Assembly (NCBI RefSeq): GCF_036321535.1
Contig: NC_087437.1
Location: 84,818,001 to 84,882,000, forward strand
DNA length: 64,000 bases
From: Camelus dromedarius
Lineage: Eukaryota
Reading direction: 5' to 3'
Position 1 is the first letter of the stretch; each line of letters begins with the position of its first letter. Both the position numbers and the translations under genes were made by a program. This document shows, in pieces, positions 1-13,600 of the stretch. The notes beneath the pieces are model-generated. The model made no database searches. It saw nothing but the letters and a program-made list of their open reading frames with translations, and was not told the DNA's origin.

Positions 1-1759
1 AAAGAACACAATAAGCAAAAAGCAACAGAAAAATAGGAGTGCATGTTTAAAATAGAGATATCTAAGTCCTAATATAGGCCAGGTGAATTATGAACTTTTT
101 AGAACCACTCGACTTGAATTAGGTTTGTGATCTCACTGTGTTGCAAGTTACGATGATTACATTCCAGGTACTTCTAGAAGTGTAGGGACACTAAAGGAGG
201 AATTAAAGGAGTTGATATAAGACATGGCCTTTAAATGTGAGTAGGAATCCATGAGGTGAACAGTCTTCTGCATGGCTCATATGAAGAACAAAATGTTTCA
301 CTGAATTAAAGATTTGACAATACAACGACAATTTGTGTGTGTGTGTAGATCTGAATTTGCACTTACAGAACAATAAACTGCATTCAGACTATGAAAGGAT
401 TGATTTGCCAATTTGAGGACTCTGGAATTTACCCCCTCAAGAAAGTGATGATATTAAGTATATAACATTATTGAGTGGTTTTCCTATAATGATACGTGCA
501 CATAATGTTTGTACCATGAAGAGAGATCTTTAAAGTTCTTTGCTTTCAATTATGTTATACTGAGTGTGTCTTTTGTAATTTTGATTGGGTTGAAATCAAC
601 AGAGTGGGAGATCTGAGAACAGTGTACACGAGGCTCCTTAAGAGCATTCGTGTATCAAATAAGGTCAAACATTCCATGTTGGGCCTCTTGATTCTGAGGT
701 ATTCCCTGCATGCTCTTGGTGATGATTTCTGATCCAAAAGGGGAATCTTGTCCTGGCATAGGTCTTACAGTGGGAAGGTGACAGGTGCTCAGCTATTGCC
801 TCTGAATGCTCTGCTTTGAGTCTGCCTTTGGTCCTTGCTACACTGTGCCTTTTACTTGCAATAACATCAAATTTTTAAAGCAATGTCGTTTTAGATACTG
901 TGTGTTATCTTTAATAACTGAGCTCTATCTGACATCTTTAAAGAAAGTTTGAATTAAAAAAGAATTGTGCCTTTCAAAATGTTATTACTTCTATATGTGT
1001 GAGTTTTAATTTGGGCTTCAGAATATAAACTTATAATATTACATTTACCAAAAGTAAAAGTAAAGTGTGTTACTTTGAAAATTAATAGAAATTTGACCAT
1101 AGAGTTCAGGTTGTATAGTATGGTGAGAACTTAGAGTATAAAAATTCAAACTTATAAATGGCACATTAATTTATTTTTTCAAATATGTAATTTCCAAAGC
1201 TTTCTTATAAATATTATCTCCTAATAATCTCAGAAAAAATCTTTAGTCAACAGTTATCAAACTTTCATTAATTGTGGACTGAGTAATTCCATAATGAAAG
1301 TAAAAATCTTCAGAAAAATATTTGGACTATATTATAACATGGATTAACATTCATGCTGCTAATTGGATACCACTGTAATAGATGTCTTGCACAATGTGTA
1401 TTTGTTTAAAAAATGCATCTTTGTCTAGATAGCTTTGAGGGGCATTTGATGAGGTATAACATAAAAGTCAAAAATGACAGATATCAACCTGGACATGAGT
1501 TGTTTATCTTCTCATGATGGCTGTAAATAAAGGAATTATTTGATTTGAATTTAAGCTAGCAAAGCCTATTGGGGGATTCATATCACATTTTTTTTTTCAT
1601 CTTTTACATTTTGACGTTGATGTTTGAGGAAAATAATGTACACAAACTATATAAAGTGAAAAGTGTCTTGCATTACAGTATTTGGTAATAGAGCCTTTAC
1701 AAAATTCTCCAAGGATCAAGAGAAGTTAGTTGAGCAATGAGCACAATATTTTCATTGAT

Positions 1760-2140
1760 CAAATTTTTATATTGTTTATGGTAATATTGATAGCTGTAAC
1801 TAGCTCCAGATCTTTAGAGAATTTATTTCTCATTCAAGTTACAACTTACAATTCAGAGATTAAGACTTTGCCATATTATAGGGTCCCAGAGGCCTTCTCT
1901 TTCTGTCAGTAGACAGGGAGAGAAAATGTGGAGAAAGAATATTTATTAACCACTTTTTCATGAAGATGATATACATCTCTTCTGCTTACATACCAATTGC
2001 AAAAACGGATAATATGACTCTAACTACCTGCAAAAGAAGCTAAAAAATAAAATCTCTAGTGGGGTCAATCATTCCTTTCCGATTGCTGCACTGCAAAATG
2101 GGAGCCTGTATCCTTGGTGCAGAGTTAATTATCTCTTGGT
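1760..2140 (-). mobile_element. Old MaLR LTR relic (MLT1K/L-like)
   Basis: Degenerate MLT1-type motifs (cttctgcttacatacca..ttgc, atgactctaactacctgcaaaagaagcta..aaataaaatctct); boundaries approximate. Confidence 0.45.
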
Positions 2141-2489
2141 GTCCATCTTAGCCACAATATGGCACTAGAAGTCCACAGAGTAATATTTGTTATGATTGCT
2201 GTATAGTGTTTTCCAAAGTTCCAGGGATGCTGTGCTGTGAAATATCTCATGAATGAAAAATAATTTCAATAATGTTTGGAAAATAATCTATGTAATAATC
2301 TGCTTGAAGATCTGCTATTCACATTGTCATATACCAACTCTAAAAATACTAGCATTTCCAAAACATCTTTTATAAGTTCTAAAAGTTCACAGAAAGAAAA
2401 AGTTAACCTTTAAATTTGTATTTTCAAAATATTTTGCATGTTTATTGATATACAATCTACATACCCTTAGATTGCAAATAGCTAAAGGG

Positions 2490-3225
2490 TTTTTGTTCTG
2501 ATAAGTTTAGACAGGATATACATATAAAACCATCTCCACAATCAAGGTGATATATACATGTCTCTTCTCCCCTCAAAAGTCTCTTCATGCCTCTGTGTAA
2601 TACTCTCTTCTCTGAACAACCACTGATTGAATTTCTGGCAATATTAATTAGGTTGCATTTTAAGGAGTTCAATATAAATGGAATCATATAGTAAGTAAAG
2701 ATTTTTGTATGCCTCCTTTTATGTGCCATAATTCTTTTGAAATATATCCGTGTTGAGGTATGTAATAAGAAATTTCTTTTTTTTTTTTTTTTTTTTTGAT
2801 TTTCCGGCAGCTCCCTATAGCCTGGGAAAGACAGCAAGGCTGCACCATCAGAACAGGAGGAAACATGGACATAGACCTCAGTGTGGTGCTGCCAGCATCC
2901 CCCGCTTGCCACGCCACTGCCCTTGGCTGCAGCGGGTAAGTGTACAGATGAGGACAGGAGCAGAGGCACACGCCAGGTACATATAACCATCCAACATCTC
3001 ATCTCCCAGGGCAGCCAGCAGTGTCCCTTAAGAATTAATTTTTTTTTTTGGTAAGATGTGTGTTCAGATGTTCTCACAGTTTGTTTTCTGGGTTATTTGC
3101 TGTCTTGTTAATAGAGTTGGAAAGTTCTTTATATATTCTAGATACAGATCCTCCATCAGGTGTAGTTTGCAAGTATTTACTCCCAATCTGTGGTTAGTCC
3201 TTTCATTTTCTTAGCAGTGTCAGTC
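2490..3225 (-). mobile_element. Old L1M 3' fragment (3' UTR and ORF2 end), interrupted by the insert at 2777-3028
   Basis: L1M motifs caaccactgat, atataaatggaatcatatagta, ttctttatatattctagataca, tttgcaagtatttactcccaatctgtgg. Confidence 0.75.
2777..3028 (-). pseudogene. Short retroposed fragment of an unidentified GC-rich transcript with a poly(A) tail
   Basis: 21-nt T tract at 2777-2797 followed by ~230 bp of GC-rich, CpG-containing sequence in AT-rich L1 surroundings; imperfect flanking duplication taagaa.tt..ttttt at 2766 and 3029. Confidence 0.6.
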
Positions 3226-5870
3226 CCCTTGTTAGTGATGTGTTTTTATAATGCCTTGGGATGTATAACATGAGTGTCCCAACTGTCACATTGTGTCCTG
3301 TGACTGTGAACTCATGACACATGCAAACAAATTGAGCTTATAAATATAATTTGATTTCACTGGTTTAAGCTCATTATTCTTAATATGCTACATGGTCTAA
3401 CTTATAATACATTCAACTGGCCATTGAATACTGTGTTTTCTTTAAGAATGATTCATTACCTATAGACCATTTCTAAAGATGGTGTGTAATGATTATTGCT
3501 CTTTTAAAAGCTCTTTATTTCATCAAATATTCATTTAAACAGACCTATAGTTACTTTATTATACATACTGGTATGAAAAATTGTTGAAATTAAATTGAAG
3601 TAATAACCATTGAAAACCCAAGCTGGTAAAGTCTTTGAGTTTAGGGAGAAAATAAAAGAAAACAGTTCATTGCACACTTTTTTCTCCTAGTGCTGTTAAA
3701 ACAAAACTTTTTAAAGCTGACTCTCAATGCTTAATCATAAAACATGCAAAGGAAAAATGAGTCAGTATCAGTTTAGAAGAATGCTTTCTTTCTGATTTAC
3801 TATTTTAATACATTTTCTAGCTTTTCTTTCCTCTGTTCATGTTCAATCACAGGAAAATCTTTATTAAAGAACAATTTTTTCTTTTGGAGTAGTGTCTTTA
3901 TTCCTAAGAACCAAAGTACTGTTGTAGAAATTTGTTTCTTACAGGATAAAGAAAGCAGAAGAACAGGTGTGGAATATTTACTCTTTTTGTGAAGTTAGTT
4001 TTGTTTTCTTTAATAAGAATTTTACTGAGATGGAAAATACATATTTTTCTCAAATCTTCCATTTATTTCTGTTTTTAACTAGAGTGATATGACTGCCTCT
4101 ATTTCTCCTGGAAAAGAATATTCAAATAAAATATTCATAGAAACAACTTAAAATAATCCAATATTTCCTATATTAAATTTAAATATTTGCCTTTTTACAG
4201 TAATTAATTTTCTCTTCACATCTGAATCTCCTGCCCAAAGTTTCTTCAAGTTTGTGAAGTAAAGGACAGCGGATTTAAATTCAAATATCTATTTCATGCT
4301 CAAGGAATTTCAGATGAAATTTTAGTCTTTTGATTGAAATGATGAGCTCAACAAATTAAGAAAAGTTTTCTAAGCATTTATAAGGCTGCACTAGTTTTGA
4401 GCTTAAGGTATGATGAATTTGAACATAGCTAATAAATGGAGTATTGGCCTAAGGATATATCTAAATGTTTTGTATTTATAAAATCATCCATTTCATGTGA
4501 ATGTCTTGTATATTAAGTCAGTCTTCTATATTAAGCATTTTTTCATGAGGCATGTAAAGAATAATCAATGTATAATTAGCCAAATCAGCTTGAAATGTCA
4601 TTCAAAGCTATATAATTATGGAACCTACTTGATCCTTCAGAAATAATTTAGAAAATACTTAAAATGTGTTATACCATCCAAGGGAAAATTTTATGTTCAA
4701 GCATTTTGCATCTGTTTATTGTCCCATTTTTTCAAATGAAATGTATTTTTTTCTCACTATCAGTATTTTTAATGCAATGCGAAATATTTCACTGATGAAA
4801 TTAAAGTACCCATTTTATCATTAAAACATATCGTGGATGATATATATATCATTTAATGAATTATATTGAATAGTTTCTAATATTATGAGAGTTGGCTGGA
4901 GTATGTGTATGTGGTATATATGTAAGCTATGCGTATGAGAGAAGAAAAGAGAGACTGTATTTTGTTATATAATAATATATATAATAATATACTATATAAT
5001 AATATACTATTAATACCAAATATTTAATATTTATTATAAAATAAAAGGGGATAAAGCTAAATTCTATTTCTACTTCTGTTACTTCCTGTGTGACTTTGAA
5101 CAACTTAATTTTCTTAGGTATTTGTTTCATTTTGTAATATTCATTTTTAAGATACCTAAGTTATGTGCAATACTTTGAAATAAATGTGTTTACCTTTAAT
5201 AATAATGAATTTTAATAATAAATAAATTATATTATGAGCCTTTGTGTATTTAATGATGAAATGAAAAATAAAAGTAAGACTTTTATAATTAAGAAAAAAA
5301 TCTATATAATGAAAAGTCACATAACTTCGCTACTTTTAAAAGAGAAACACTACCAAATCTAAGTGCAGAGTTATGTAAGGACCGAAAATGAACTAAAGTG
5401 ATGGAAATAAATCAAAGGTGTTTTGTATGTGTGTTTGAAAATAATTATAAAAGCAAAAATGAGTCAACAGCAAAAACCAAATCCTTGAATATTATGAAAA
5501 CTAGCTGATTTTAATTTGGGATTATTTACTTAGTTATGTAAAATACAAACCCCTTTTAAACATGGCTTTCATATGTTTACTTCACTTGGTATTCTTATCC
5601 ATAGGTGAGCTGTGACCATTTAATCAGCATGGAGTTAGAGAAGTGTGAGCCTCTTGACCTTGTAAATTACTAATTACCATTAAATTGGCCTCAATCAACT
5701 TGAGTGTAATTGAAGTAGCATGGTTCTCTGTGTAGGTGAACGATTTACTGAATGCTTATTTTGTTACATCAAGCTGAAAATGTTAAATGATAAGCTGAAG
5801 TACTTCCTGAATCAATATGAGACATGTCTCAATGATCAATGGTGAGATTTCTCAAATTGCATTGTTGACT

Positions 5871-5892
5871 GTGTGTGTGTGTGTGTGTGTGT
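5871..5892. repeat. (TG)n microsatellite
   Basis: Directly visible. Confidence 0.95.
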
Positions 5893-6374
5893 GATATAGC
5901 TAATGATGCATGAGTTAATAGCCAACTAAAAATCAAACCTGTATGGAGTTTTAGCTCATCAGTGGATAGCTGCAGGCAAGGATGGTTCTAATCTTTTAGA
6001 AGACTGGTTGTATTTTTAAAAATGTATTTAAATATCAATTTTTGTATCATTCAGAATTTAATTCTAGATGTACAATAGTTGGGTAGGATTTTATAATAAA
6101 ACTCATTGGTATTTTTATAATGTTTGTATATACTCAGTATTAGAGAGCTCACCTATTAAAAACTGCAATATGCAGAATGTGCCAGAATTTTTATTTTAAT
6201 CTATATCAGTTTAACTGGGAATTGTGTTAAATGTCTTACATGTTAGTAACTTCCATATGTCCAAAGAAGCTTTTACTCATACTGTAGAGTTTCATATACT
6301 ACCTAATATTCAGCGAAGGTATAAAATTCAATGATTTGGATATTAAATGTTTCTCAGGGATATATTCTTATATT

Positions 6375-7060
6375 TTGGGAGCTTTTGAAATATAATTCAC
6401 ATATTATACAACTCATCTATTGAAAGTGCACAATTGAATGTTTTTTTCTTCTGGAAAATTACTGGCTTGTGAAACCACCATCAAATTTATTTAAAACATA
6501 CCCTCCCCCTGAAAAATAGAAGCTGCATACCCACTAGCATTCTCACACCCCACCCCCAATTAATCTCCCCAAACCTCACCTCTCCGGGCCCTAGGCAACC
6601 TGTAATTCATTTTCTCTATAGATTTACCTGTTCTGGGTATTTCATATAGAATTATATAGTAGATGGTCTATGTGACTGGCTTGTCTCCATTAGTATAATA
6701 GGTTTAAGGTTCACCTATGCTATAATATGTATCAGGACATCATTCCTTTTTATGGTGAATAACATTCTAATGTATGGATATACCACTTTTTAAAATCAGT
6801 TCATCAGTGGATTAACTACTGGGTTGGGTCAGCTTGTTGGCTATCATAAATAACGTGGCTATGAATTTTTATGTACAAGTTTTTGCATGGATGTATGTTT
6901 TCATTTACCTTGTCTATATACCTAAGAGTGGAATTGCTAGTGATTCTATGTTTAACCAGTTAAGGAGCATGCCAACTATTTGCAGAGACATCTGTACCAC
7001 TCTACATTTCTACCAGCTATGTATGATGTTTTCAGTTTCTCCTCATACTTGCCAAGTTTT
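6375..7060 (-). mobile_element. L1MB-like 3' fragment
   Basis: ccctaggcaacc, tatagatttacctgttctgggtatttcatata, cattcctttttatggtgaataacattc, atacctaagagtggaattgct. Confidence 0.85.
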
Positions 7061-8949
7061 AACATTTTTCATAGAAAAATTAGATTCACAGTCAAAAAGA
7101 CTCATTTAAATCATACATTTTCAGCACTACTGAACTTTACTATAACATCAGCTAAGTTTCCTGATGAATAGAAATGTTCATAATAAAGATTAGACCTGAT
7201 GTTATAGATTGGCCCAGCTAATCTTTAAGATAGATAGTAAGTATTTGAAGAATAAGAGTACATGCACATAGCTGCATTCATTTTCATTCACAGTATTTTG
7301 GGAAGGTAAACATGTATATTAAAATGTATTACAACATGGCGAAGCTTATATTCCTATGACTCCAATGAAGTTGTGATATCTCTTTCTTCCTATATGTAGA
7401 GAGAAACTTTTTATAGCAAGTACCGTGTCTTTTTATTTTAGATCTTGATTTTCTTATGCCAATTATAATAAATAAAAAGAGATGTATACAAATTTTGTTG
7501 AATTTAAAGACTACTGAATATTATTGATGAAATTAAATAGGACTAAAGGACACTTAAAAAATACAATTAAATATCATTAAAGAAAAAAAAAAGATAGGAA
7601 TGGCCAAATGTAACTTGGGCTGGTCATTGCTTTGATATTTTCTAAAGAGAAATGTTTCATGTGTTAGTCTCAAGATTTTTAATAGTAGAATACCATTATT
7701 TGTGTTGTTATACTAGAGTATCTATTTGGTATACTGTAGGTTCTAATTAAATACTTTTTGCCTGCCAGTCTCTTTTAATGTACAAAAAAATGATGATGTT
7801 TTAACTTAAGTACAGAGTGCGAAGAAACTGAATATTTCATAGATTATTTTTGAGTTCAGTTTTCTATTTGAATACAAGTGCATTATTTGTACCATATGGG
7901 TGCTCAAAATTAGTAAAATAGTAAATTGCTTCTAGTATGACTGCATGTCTGGATAGATAAAGCAAGAAATAGTTTTGTAAAATTTACTTCTAAGCTTACT
8001 ATACATAATGATATAGTAATTCTCCATTTTAAATTAATATATTTTTCCATATTTGATTCATATTTGCATATTTATTCTCTGAATTTTGTATGTAAAGAGT
8101 AATTTAACCATAAATTCACTAACTGAATATAATTTAATGTCATATTTTACATGTATTTTGAAGAAATACATAACAGAATAATAATTTTAGTAAGCAAGTA
8201 TATACCCAAAAAAAGAGTACATGAGTTAGATTTGTAGATAATGTCAGCATTTTCCATTCTGTTCATGAATATGAACTAAAAACTTTGTGATAATGAGAAA
8301 TAAAAGCCCAAATTATATTTCAGAAAATTAGAGGAAAACAAAAACAATAAACACAAAATAGATTTTAAAAATTATTTCAGAAGTCAGTGAAAACCAAACA
8401 AAGTTATCAAAAATATGAAGCTGAAAGATAATTTCACAACTTCAGGTCATACAAAGAGCCAGAAAAGTACATATCAAAGCTAAAGAGTATACACGTAGAT
8501 GCAAAATCTAAATCTTTTTTATTTGTAACAGCAAGAACGGCATGTCAAGGCTAACAGCAGGTGCTTCCCTAGATCTAGATGGAATCACATATTTATCAAG
8601 TGACATTTGCATGAATTAACATTTCTCAGTGGCTGTGGGGCACAAAAAAGAGGGTTTTTTGTGAAAAATTCACGTCTTCTTTCTCCATTTAGTAGTCAAA
8701 TGTAACAGTTAAACAAATTCACTTGGGAAAAAATGAGTTTTGGAGAATAATTATATAGCTTTGAACACTATTCTGTGTGTTCTGACAGAATAAACTTATT
8801 CTATATCACTCTTTCAGGAAACAAAAATGCTCGTCTTCTTCTAAGAAGAGCAATTAAATAGAAATAAGAAAATATGTATATAAAAACAGAAAAAATGGAA
8901 AACTAACAGAAGATGCAAATGCTAAAGAACTAGCCTCACCCCTCCCAGG

Positions 8950-9490
8950 TATTACTACTGAGTCAACAGAAACAGTTGCTACCTATTTTTCATATTTGAA
9001 ATTTTAGTGAAGAGATGTAAGATTCAAGAGAAAGGAAGATGGATAGCACATGTCTTAGCAGAGTGCAGAAAAGGTGTGGCAGGAAAAATGAAAATATTAT
9101 AAAAATAAAGGAAAATGTTGAAGGGATATAAGGAAAACTAGGAACCAGTGAAAACATAGGAGAAATCAAAAAAAAAAAAAAAAACCAAATAACAGGAAAG
9201 TGGAAGCAAAATAAAGAACAAAATAAAAAGAAATACAGAGAAACAAATGTGTGTTCATGAAAAGTTGACCCAACATCCCTACAACTGTGTTTTCCTGAGC
9301 AGAAAAACTTAAATGAAAGAGAACAAATATTTATATATGTGATACAAGACTTTTTAAAAAATTTAAAACAAGTTTTAGTAACATTTGAAGGCAAAGTGCT
9401 TTTCAGTGTAAAGCAATTTAGAATGGCATACACACAAAAAATATCCTGTTAAAGTCTATGGATTTCAATGTAAAGAATCCATTTGCAGCA
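8950..9490 (+). mobile_element. Highly decayed L1/HAL1 ORF1-region relic
   Basis: A-rich strand bias and weak ORF1-like phrase atatcctgttaaagtctatggatttcaatgtaaagaatcc. Confidence 0.3.
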
Positions 9491-10544
9491 GGCGAAAATA
9501 CAATGTCATTTATTTAAAAGATGCTCATATTTCTCCAGTTGCCGGGTGTAGTGCCAGCCTAGTCCTGTTGTCTCAAGTCCCAACATTTCACAGACTTCAT
9601 TATTAATGAATTATTACTGTTAGAATTACTATCATTACTATTATTGCTATTATTATTTAAGAATTGTCTTAAAATAAATGTGGGTTATATAAACTTCCAT
9701 TTTTGCTTCCAGGTTCAGTTATGGTCTCCCTAATAGTGCGTAAAATGTAGGTATAGTGAGCAGGAAGTTTTAACAGGTGATTAATACGGGACGACCCACT
9801 GGAATAACACATCTCCCTGACACTTGTCAGATACATTACAACTGCCATCTCTCTCAATACAGTATGAAAAGATCTCACTGATGAAACAAAGTGCACTCCA
9901 CAGAGGCTAGGGAGAGCAAACTCCTTCTGGCCTATGGAAAGCTTGACAAAAGTACTCCATTCTTTTCTGGCCATTTGGTGTGAGAGTCAGTTGTGCAGTT
10001 TATGTGTATCTGTTTATTTCATTGTTTATTTTCTTGTTTGTTCATTCTTTTATTTTGCAGTTACACATTTATTATCAGTGAGCTGATAAAGAGAAATGTA
10101 TATTTACTCAAAAACTAAGAGCTGCATTTCCATTGTTCAACAAAGTTGTTGGTGAATATGAAACTTGCACAGTGTGTCTGCCAGTATTTACCATTGAATG
10201 CCGTGGTCAGATCACTAACTTCATGAAAATCAGAAGACATGGATGCATTAATATTTAGTCCAAAAGACAGTAGTTATTTTAAAAGGAATGTGTGGGAAGA
10301 TGATGATGCATTGGGGAGGAGCTCTACTGTAACTTATACCTCAGAAGCAGGTAGTAGTTTACTGCTGTTTATGGTACAATTAAATATAAAAATTGTACTT
10401 GAGACTCAGCACATAGTATTGCTTAGAAAAAGAATGCAAGTGTTTTAAATATAGAAGGAGTGCGTGCTGTGAAATCAATAATCATTTCTTTTGGAATCCA
10501 TCATACTCCTACCGAATTCAAGTGTGTGTGGACACTGAAGTACG

Positions 10545-10630
10545 TCAGCAGAAATTTATTGTCTCTCAGTTCTGGAGGCTTGAAGTCCAAGATCAAACTG
10601 AAAGTAGGGTTGGCTTCTGGTGTGCCTCTC
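10545..10630 (-). mobile_element. MLT1 LTR fragment
   Basis: cagaaatttattgtctctcagttctggaggcttgaagtccaagatcaa is a canonical MLT1 segment. Confidence 0.8.
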
Positions 10631-13600
10631 GACATAATCAAGAATTTTATACTAGGTCCATCTTAGTCTTGATATCTAACAAATTTTTTTAAAAAAAGGA
10701 GCATGATACTTTCCTTACAACACTGAGTGATAGGTTCCCTCAGGCAAAATTTGACTTAATGCACAAGCTAGTTGATACCATTGTAAGTAAAACACGAATC
10801 AGACAAAAAATTAAATGCACCTGTTTACTACATCTTCCTTCTAAGTTCATTCAAAATTGATCTATTGTTGTTTTATAGGGCAAGCAGGATCCTTGACAAA
10901 GCTGTGTGAGATCTGTGGTGGGAGAAGGTGAGTTACTTATGATTTTTATCATTTTCTGAAACTTGATAAGAGGTAATGATGATTTTTATCACTTTCTGGA
11001 GCTTTTGTGTGCTAAACTTAAATTTTTATTATTAAAAAACTATAGAAAACTAATAAACACTAGTTAGTGATTCTTTTTTCCATTTTATACTAAATAGAAC
11101 TATAATAACTGGAAAATGTAGTGTAACTGTCAGACATATTTTAATGAAAAGGTATGGATTATCTTTGTCATAGAAGTCATCTGTTAAAGAACTGCTTAAT
11201 CAGCATTTTGGAGGAGTTATTATGACATCAAATAATGAGATCTATAGTTTCTTTGGTTTGTTTACTTTAATTGAATAAATTGATGGTTATTTTTACTCTA
11301 AACAGACAAAGCTCAAGATCCTATATATTTAGTTAAAATAGAAATACTGTGTGTGATTTCAATGTAAACCTGTAATTAATAGATCACATATGTATATTCT
11401 TTCCAACTAATGTATTATCTATGTACAAAAGACAAAATTGCACGATGTGTGCAATATTTTATTTGTAAATTTGTATAGAGCAATCTTCTAGAGGTAGTCT
11501 GGAAGCATATTGACTAGTGTTATATTTTCTCTTATAATTTGTAATTCTGAATAAATTTGTATGCAAATTTAAATTTAAATGACAAATTATCAGATAATGC
11601 CTTAAGTATATAATCATTACTAGAATCTAAGCTTAGTTTGCTTGGATCTTTCCAAACACCAAAATTGATTATATTTTTGAAAAATTCCACTTATTAATGC
11701 AAGGCATTTTGTTTTAAGTTGCTACAGACTTTTGATTTTAGCCTCATATATTTGGGGGGCTGATTTTATACATATGACTTATTAATCAAACTTTTTTTCT
11801 CCAAAAAATTTTCATCATATATCCATTTGTTTCTCTTTATTATGTTTTTTTATTCAAAGTTTACTTCATATGAAGTTTTTAACCAATAGACATGGGATTT
11901 GAGAAATTTGCAACTTGATAACATTGCATGCTTGCTAAATTAGTTGCATGATTGTTTGCACAGGGAAGTGTGTATGCAAATACCTTGATTTGATTCACAT
12001 TCTCAGGCTAAGTTCTGAAAATTCATCATTGAAAAAGTAAATTTACATTTAAATGTATTCCTGCTACAGCTACAAGTTAAATTCCAATTTAGTCCTGTCA
12101 ACAAAAATTAAGCTTATATATACAAAAGTCTAATCTGATGGAGTGACAATCAGGTATGATGTATATGACTTTGAATTTGATGTTAGTTAATGCTTTCTGA
12201 GTAGGCAGATAATTATAAGTTACAGACTGAAAGCTTAGGAAGTTGAATGCTATATATTATTATATAAAAAGTTATAAATTGAGTTTCCCAAGTTTGTAAT
12301 GAAAAGCTGCATTTGATTAGTTTGTGAATAAAGCGAAGGGGCTGAAGAGAAAGAAAGGAAATAATTGGGAATGAAGAGAAGGGATGGTGAATAAGATGTG
12401 ACTGAATTGTAAGATTTCAGATTAATATTCCCAGTAAGTGGTATATTTTTTGTTTTTCAAATATTACAAATTATTTTAGAAGATCATGCTTGGGGGTTGC
12501 TATATCATCAAACTTTTCAGGGAGGGGAATGCCTCAAATTCTTACTTGTAAAATTAAGGAATGCTCATAAAAAATGTATTCAACAGTGTACTCTTGTCTG
12601 TACTTTGCACACAAGAAAAATTATGAAATAAATAAACCATTGAAATAAGAGAAAAGCCTTTTCTAAAATTCAGTCAAAAACAGGTCATTGGAGAGACTGA
12701 CCATTTAAACAGAAGTGGTTTTATTAAATTTTTAGCCAATGGATTATCTACTCTAGGTATAAAAGATGACAAATGACAAAGAACAACAACAACAAAAAAA
12801 ATCACTGAAGGAATTTTTGAAATTTGAGCGAAGTTCATATGATATATTTTAGTAACTGTGTCTTTCTTTAACCCAATTGCTGTTCTTAGATTTTATTTGT
12901 TTTTTGGTTACTATTGTTTTTGTTTTTGTTTTTGTTTTCTGAATCAAATGCTTATATTCTGGTGATTTGAAATATGTTAGAAATGAGACTGGCTTGGGAA
13001 GGACTGATAAAACTGGCAGAGCCAATGAAGGCAGTCAGGTTTAAAATAATTTTTTTGGTATAAGGACTATGGTTATCCAAGTCAAGGTTCAGAGGACTTG
13101 GCTAGAGGAAGCACTAAGGATGCTAAATTGAAGCAGTGAATTGAAGAGAGAAAATATATAATGCCAAGAGATAGTAGAGAATTTGTGAACTATTCTTAGA
13201 TCTTATCTATACCCTGGGCTTCATATAGAGTCAGCTCTGTAATATGTGGACTATATTCGGAAACTAACTTCAATTTTGTCTTTAAATTTATACAAAGATG
13301 GAGTCTATGTTTAACCTTTTATGACTGGGATGTAAATTCTGCCCCTAACCTTAGCATGAAGCACACAATTCATCTGATATTTGGTTATGAGGATGCTTTA
13401 GTGTTCAGTTATTGTAGTTGACCTCTTCCTTGCCTTTGTGATTCTCATTCTCTATCATGTTATTTAATTTTTTTTTTAATTGTAAAAAAGTTTGTGTTAC
13501 TTTCTTTATATATGTAATACTTTTAAAAATATATGTATGTGTCTGGGTAGGATTCTTTTTCCTTCCATTCTATTTTTCAAATTTGTAGAAAAGCCTATTT

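Noticed and set aside
590..870. Possible old LTR or exon in a moderately GC-rich patch
   Set aside because: No termini, TSD, splice pair or family motif that I can support.
2457..3077. 206-aa minus ORF and overlapping ORFs as a host gene
   Set aside because: Chimeric read-through of L1M, the retroposed insert and its poly(A) (poly-Lys); no recognisable domain.
4955..5045. Tyr/Ile-rich ORF region
   Set aside because: Degenerate (TA/TAA)n low-complexity tract.
8990..9433. 147-aa Phe-rich ORF resembling a membrane protein
   Set aside because: Antisense of A-rich low-complexity or L1-derived sequence; a composition artefact.
9669..9974. 101-aa minus ORF or possible small exon after ttttgcttccag
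   Set aside because: No recognisable protein similarity and no convincing donor/acceptor pair; cannot be supported without expression data.
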